The position numbers and the translations under genes were made by a program. This document shows positions 57,166 to 64,000 of a stretch of DNA of 64,000 nt, piece by piece. Below the pieces are notes generated by a model. The model searched no databases and was not told the DNA's origin. It saw nothing but the letters and a program-made list of their open reading frames with translations. How positions within the stretch are numbered: the first letter of the stretch is position 1; each line of letters starts with the position of its first letter. This DNA is from Anaeramoeba ignava BMAN (Eukaryota; Protista; Anaeramoebae): the NCBI GenBank assembly GCA_028826165.1, contig JAPDFW010000060.1:496001-560000 (forward strand), written 5' to 3'.

Positions 57166-60100
57166 GAAGGAATAGAAGAAGGATATTCAGCATATAGTTG
57201 TACAAAATTTGTAATGCAAGCAAATGGAAGTGATTCAAATGATTGTAGTTCATCTGGAACAGCTTGTGCATCAATAGAAAGAGGACTTCTTCTCACTCCA
57301 CAAGGTGGTGTTCTTTGTGTTTATTCGGGTCATTATTATATTTCTTCCACTTTAAACATTCATATGACCACTTTTACTATGTGGGCTCCTGATGGTCCAA
57401 GTCAAACTATTATTGATGGAGGTAATTCAAAACAATGTGTTAATATTTATGTCAATGGGATGGGAGTTGTCACGATTGATGGTTTTACTTTCCAATATTG
57501 TAATGCTAATGAAGGTATTTTTTATCCAAAATCAAAATCAAAATCAAAATCAAAATCAAAATTAAAATCAAAATTAAAATTAAAATCAAAATTAAAATCA
57601 AAATCAAAATCAAAATCAAAATTAAAATTAAAATCAAAATCAAAATTAAAATTAAAATTAAAATTAAAATTAAAATCAAAATCAAAATTAAAATTAAAAT
57701 TAAAATTAAAATTAAAATCAAAATCAAAATCAAAATCAAAATTAAAATTAAAATCTAAAATCAAAATCAAAATCAAAATCAAAATTAAAATTAAAATCAA
57801 AATCAAAATCAAAATTAAAATCAAAATTAAAATCAAAATTAAAATCAAAATTAAAATTAAAATCAAAATTAAAATTAAAATCAAAATTCAAATTAAAATT
57901 AAAATCAAAATTAAAATAAAAATTTAAAATTAAAATCAAAATAAAAATTAAAATTAAAATTAATTAGGAGGAGCAATAGCTGTTACTTGTTCAATAGTTG
58001 GTTATATCGCAAAGATTAAAAACTGTGAATTTTATCACAATCAAGCAAAAATAGGAGGAGCAATTTATAATTTTCTATGTGCAGCAACCTATGAGAATAT
58101 AATAATTGCAGAAAATTCAGCAAGTGATTCAGGTGGAGGTTTTTCTTGTACAATATCAACCGCATGTCAGAATGTACAGTTAACATGGAATAACATCACA
58201 ATAGTAGACAATACAGGAAATGGAAACAAGAGTATTGATGAAATAGGAAATCCAAATTGTGGGTCATGTTCATGTGTATATAATGGAAATAGGATGTATG
58301 ATTGTGGAGATTGTTATAACGGTGGTAATTGTTTACCAAGTGGATCATGTGTATGTCTTCCTGGATCACATGCTCCAACTCCAACTTGTTCATTTTGTGA
58401 TCCTGGATCTTATTCAACTACTCAAAATGCTGCTTCTTGTACTCTTTGTGAACCGAATTATTACAATACTGGTTATGGTAATACTGGCTGTTCTTCTTGT
58501 CCTACTGATACTTCTAATTCAGGTTCAGGAAATATTGAATGTTCTCCTCCTCAAATGTCTGATCCTACTTATGATTCTGTTACTTCTAGTTCTTTTAATG
58601 TTTATTGGACAACTCCAAGTTTGTTTTCTGTTAGTGGTTATTATCTTAGATATAAATCTACTGGTGATTGGACTTCTTTACAACTTTCTTCAAGTGTTCA
58701 TCAATATAACTTTTCAGATTTATATTCAGGAGATTATACTATTCAAGTTGCTGCATATAATAATGAAGGTGAATTATCAAATAAAAGAAATATCTTAATA
58801 ATAATATTTAAATAAAATATTTTAAATTATATTTGTAAATTTTGTTGAAATAGGAAATGGCACTTGGACTAATGAAATTGTTATAGCTACAAATCCTCCA
58901 ACTCAACCTTCAATCGTTCCAAATATAGCTGAAGTTTTAGAAATGAAATCTTCAACATCATTCGGAGTTAGTTGGGGAACACCTTCAAATGGTGGAAGTC
59001 CTTTAATTTCATATGAAATAAATTATAAACCAGAAAATGGAACTTGGATTAATTCTACAGTTGGAGCAGAAACACATTCATTTCAAGCAACATCACTTCT
59101 TTCTGGCAAATACATCTTCAGAATTCGTGCCAAAAGTAATTATTCATTCGGAGATTATTCTTCAGAACACTCATTCTGGACAAATGAAGCAACATGTCCT
59201 GATGCAATAACAACATTTAACGAAGTAAATCACACACAGGAAACAATATCTGTTAACTGGACAGCTCCAGCTTCAAATGGAGGATCCACTATAATTAATT
59301 ATCAAGTCGCATACTTAAAAGATGGTGAAACTACTTGGTCTTATAAACTTGAACCAGCAAATACTTATGAATCAACAATTGAGGATTTAATTTACGGAAC
59401 TTATACTATTCGTGCTAGAGCAATAACTTCATATTGTAACACATCAGAATTCAGTCAAAATTTATCAATCGAAACAGGTGCACCAACAGAACCTGATCCA
59501 GTTACTTCAATCTCACAAACAGGAAAATCATCAACTTCAATTTTAATTTCTTGGATTGAACCTTGTTCTTGTGGCTCACCAATTATTGGATATCGTTTAT
59601 GGTACAAATATGAAGATGCAGAACCTGCTGAAGATTTTCAATCCATTGATCTTTATAGCACAAATTTATATTACAATTTGGATAATTTACTTTCTGGAAA
59701 TTACACATTCAAAATACAATCAAACAACTCAATAAATTTTTCTGTAAATGGAACAGAATTTTCATTCAGTACAGATCCTGCAACTTATCCTGGAAATATG
59801 CAACCTCCCTATAAAATATCTGGTACATCTTCGGAAATTCAAATTGGATGGGCTGAACCTAGTAATAATGGAGGTTCTGTAATTGTTTTTTACTTTATTG
59901 AATACAAAAAAAATACAACTTCGATTTTCGATCAATTTAATACTTCAAATTCATCAACAAGTTGCACTATTGGTTCACTTGAGGAATTACAATATTACAA
60001 TTTCCGAATCAAAGCTTGCAATGATATTGGATGTAGTGAATCGTGGAGTAATAATGCCACATATATAACTGATGGATCAACAGTTCCAGGAAAAGTTGCT

Positions 60101-62395
60101 CAACCTTCATTTCTTAATTCAACATCAACATCATTTGCATTTAGTTGGACAAAACCAACTGATGGAGGTAAAGATATACTTTACTACACAATATTATACA
60201 AATTAAGCACATCTGGTTCATGGACTGAGATAATTTTAAATGTTGAACCATCAGCAACAAATCTTGAATATGTAATTGATGATATTTACTCAGGAACTTA
60301 TAACGTTAGAATTTCAGCCACTAATGAAAATGGAGAAGGAATATCAAGTGATTCAACTCCATTTTCCACTTCTGCTGCAACAGCTCCAAATCCTGTTTTG
60401 AATCTTCAATTTATCAGTTCATCTTCAACTTCTATTTACATGACTTGGGATCCACCAACTTCAAATGGAGGAAGAGATATCATCAATTTCTTTGTTCAAT
60501 TCGATTCATTGAATCCAAATGGAACATCAGGAAGTGTTTCAATATCAGAATATGTTCTTCAATTCAACCTCACAAACTTGATTTCAGATTCTTATAATAT
60601 CACTGTTTATGCTGCTAATTCAATTGGAAATTCAACAGGAAATCAAGAAGAAATGAACACATTATCACCTCAAATCCCAGATAAAATCACAGGATTCACT
60701 CAAATTTCAGCAACTTCAACTTCAATAACACTTCAATGGAATCAACCCAATAATAACGGAAGACCAATACTCAATTACAACTTCTCAATAACTTCATATT
60801 CAACAAATACAACAGAATACATGATTATTGATCCTCCTCAATCCTCATTCCAATACAAAATATCAAATTTATTATCAGGTGTTTTCGATATTGCGATATC
60901 TGCTATAAATGAAGTTGGATCATCAATTTATAGTGATGTTTTATTAGCTCAAACATCTCAACCAACAGTACCAGGAATAATGGATCCAGTAAATTCAACA
61001 GCAATTAATTCAACATCACTCAATGTGAATTGGACTAAACCAAACAATGGAGGATTGAATATCACATCTTACATTTTATCCTACAGAGAACAAGATACTA
61101 ATATTTCCAATTCAACCCAATTATCTTTTGGTTCATCAACATTTGAATACAATATCACTGGTTTGCTCTCTGGAAATTATTCAATCGCAATGAAAGCAGT
61201 GAATCCATTGGGAAGTTGCAATAGTTGGAGCACTGATACAAATGTTTCAACACTTGATCCTGTAGTTCCTGGAGAAATTGAATCAATAAATGTTGATGAA
61301 ATTAGAAGACATTCTCTCCTATTTTCTTGGGAAGTACCAAATCATGGAGGAAGAGAAATTGAAGGATATAATCTAACATGTGCTCAAACAGATAATCTTA
61401 CTAATTCAGCATTTTCACAAGTTGATTCAACAGTTGGATTTTTTGATAATTTAACAACAAACACAAGTTACACACTCACAATAAGTGCATTTAATTCAGA
61501 AGGATATGCAAATCCAAGAGAATTTGTACTTTGCACACAATCCTATTATCCAAACAAAGTTACAGGGGTTTATTTGAAGAATATTGAGCCTTATATTGCA
61601 GTGATAGGATGGAATGATTTGGATGATATTGATATCACAACATACACAGCTATGATTACTGATGTTTACAACAGAACAAATTTTATCTCACTTTTTTGCT
61701 CATTTGACAGTTTGATTCCAAACACAAATTACACAGTTAAAGTGCGAGCAGAAGTAAGTGAATATATTGGTGATTGGAGCAATGATTTCAATTTCACAAC
61801 AAATAAAACAGTTCCAGAAAAAGTTGTTGATATAACAGCAACTCAAATCGAAGATAACTTGATTAATCTTGAATGGCCAATCCCACGAAACAATGGAGAA
61901 GAAATCACACAATATTACACTCAAGCTTTACTCAATGACGAATTACAAAATGAAGTAATTTCACTTGCAAACAGTGTATCGATTGGAAATCTGAAAGAAG
62001 TAACAAATTATTCAATAAGAATAAGAGCAATTAATTCAATCGGATATTCAGCTTGGAGCGATAATTATTATTTCACAACTCAATCAGCTCCTAAACAAAC
62101 AAGTAAAACAGGATTATATGCAGGTCTTGGAACAAGTTTTGGAGCTTTGGCTATTGTTGGAGGTGTTGCTTTTTATTGGTATAAAAAGAGAAAAGTTGTA
62201 AAAGTAACTCCAACAGTTAATGTTTATTCTGTTAATGATGAAGATGAAGATGGTGATAAAGATAATGAAAATCCAAAAAATGATCCTGTTAATGAAATTG
62301 TTATGGAAACTGTTGAAACTGAAAAAGATTTATATCTTCAAAGTATTGAAAACTCTACTTCAAAACTTACTAATGATACTAACGATAAGAAATGA
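57031..62395 (+). CDS. Type I surface protein: signal peptide, Pmp/beta-helix-like GGAI region, EGF/Cys-rich, 12 FN3, TM, short acidic tail
   Basis: Exons 57031-57514, 57968-58768, 58854-62395 (about 1608 aa). IIDGG, GGAIAV, GGAIYN, GGGF; CYNGGNCLPSGSCVCLPG; CDPGSYS..CTLCEPNYY; repeated FN3 W..P.NGG..I..Y; TM GLYAGLGTSFGALAIVGGVAFYWYKKRK. Confidence 0.88.
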
Positions 62396-62609
62396 TTTTG
62401 GAATTTTTTTGATTGTTTTGTTCTTCTTTTTTTTTGGAATAATTATTTTGGAAAAGGAAGTTTTTTTTTTTTTTCTTTTCTTTTTATTTTCAAATTTTAT
62501 TCCTTTTTCTCTTAATTAATTAAATCCATTTCAAGTTCAAAGAAAAACAATTTATAATTTTTTTTATAAACATTTTCTTTTTTTAATTTTTAATTCTTTT
62601 TTCAATTTT

Positions 62610-63400
<791 letters not shown>

Positions 63401-63512
63401 AAAATGGTGAATAAAGAAAAATAATTTCGTTTTTGTTTTTATTGAATTGTTTGGAAAAAGAAAAAGAAATCACGAAATCAAAATCAAAATCAAAATCAAA
63501 ATGAAAATTGAT

Positions 63513-63953
63513 TCAATTGTTTTGTAATTTTTCTAAAGCCCGTCTTCCATATTTTTGAATATCTTGATTATTTGGGAAATTATTCATTGCATTAATAATA
63601 GGTTCAATTCCTTTTAAATTTCTAATTTCAATTCTGTTTTCTATTTTTTTGGGAAATAATTTGAAATTGAAATTGAAATTGAAATTGAAATTGAATTTTG
63701 GTTTTTTGGAATTTTTGAAATAAATTGAAATTGATTAAATATTTTTTTGATTAATAATTAATAATGAATAATTGATTAAAATATTTGGATTTATAATTTT
63801 ATTTGTTTTTTATTTTTTATTTACTTTTATCAGCAGCAATATTCTTTAAAGCTCCACATCCTTTTTCTTGAATATCTTGATTATTTGGGAAATTATTCAT
63901 TGCTTTAATAATAGGTTCAATTCCTTTTAAATTTCTAATTTCAATTCTGTTTT
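63513..63953 (-). CDS. 3' end of a second one-repeat-per-exon ARM gene
   Basis: Exons 63953-63825 (129 nt) and 63640-63513 (TGA stop). ENRIEIRNLKGIEPII.AMNNFPNNQDIQ..G, the same family as the gene at 1-10210; phase-1 introns. Not captured by the ORF track. Confidence 0.85.
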
Positions 63954-64000
63954 CTATTTTTTTGGGAAATAAATTGAAATTGAAATTGAAATTGAAATTG

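Overview
Very AT-rich, intron-containing eukaryotic (protist) DNA that reads in the standard genetic code and is saturated with simple repeats (CAAAAT/AAAATT hexamers, 12-20 nt satellites) in introns, intergenic DNA and coding linkers. The gene and repeat style (ankyrin-BTB, ARM arrays, an intein in a ubiquitin-system gene) suggests an anaerobic metamonad such as Anaeramoeba; this is inference, not proven here. Left to right: a partial armadillo-repeat gene with at least 47 exons, one repeat per exon; WDR44-like; a double-AAA ATPase; XPF/ERCC4; ankyrin-BTB; a Tudor-less SMN-like gene; ORC5; three tandem long-chain acyl-CoA synthetases interleaved with a CIR1/RP9-like gene and its pseudogene fragment; TSR1; a small Q/N-rich ORF; an Ariadne RBR E3 ligase; a coiled-coil ORF; adenylate kinase; LSM14-like; an NEF1-like polytopic membrane protein; a 12xFN3 surface receptor; and the 3' end of a second ARM-repeat gene. 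Two highlights stand out. (1) A 550-aa intein (C...HN/C) sits inside the catalytic RING2 of the Ariadne E3, directly before its last Zn-ligand Cys. Its LAGLIDADG endonuclease looks dead, it carries an apparent internal duplication of Hint segments, and the host has an unusual UBA...STI1/DP architecture. (2) In the ARM gene all 46 predicted introns are phase 1 and every complete internal exon is a frame-preserving cassette, with recent exon+intron duplications, a candidate combinatorial or diversifying receptor system. All splice models were derived by hand from GT-AG signals and frame continuity.
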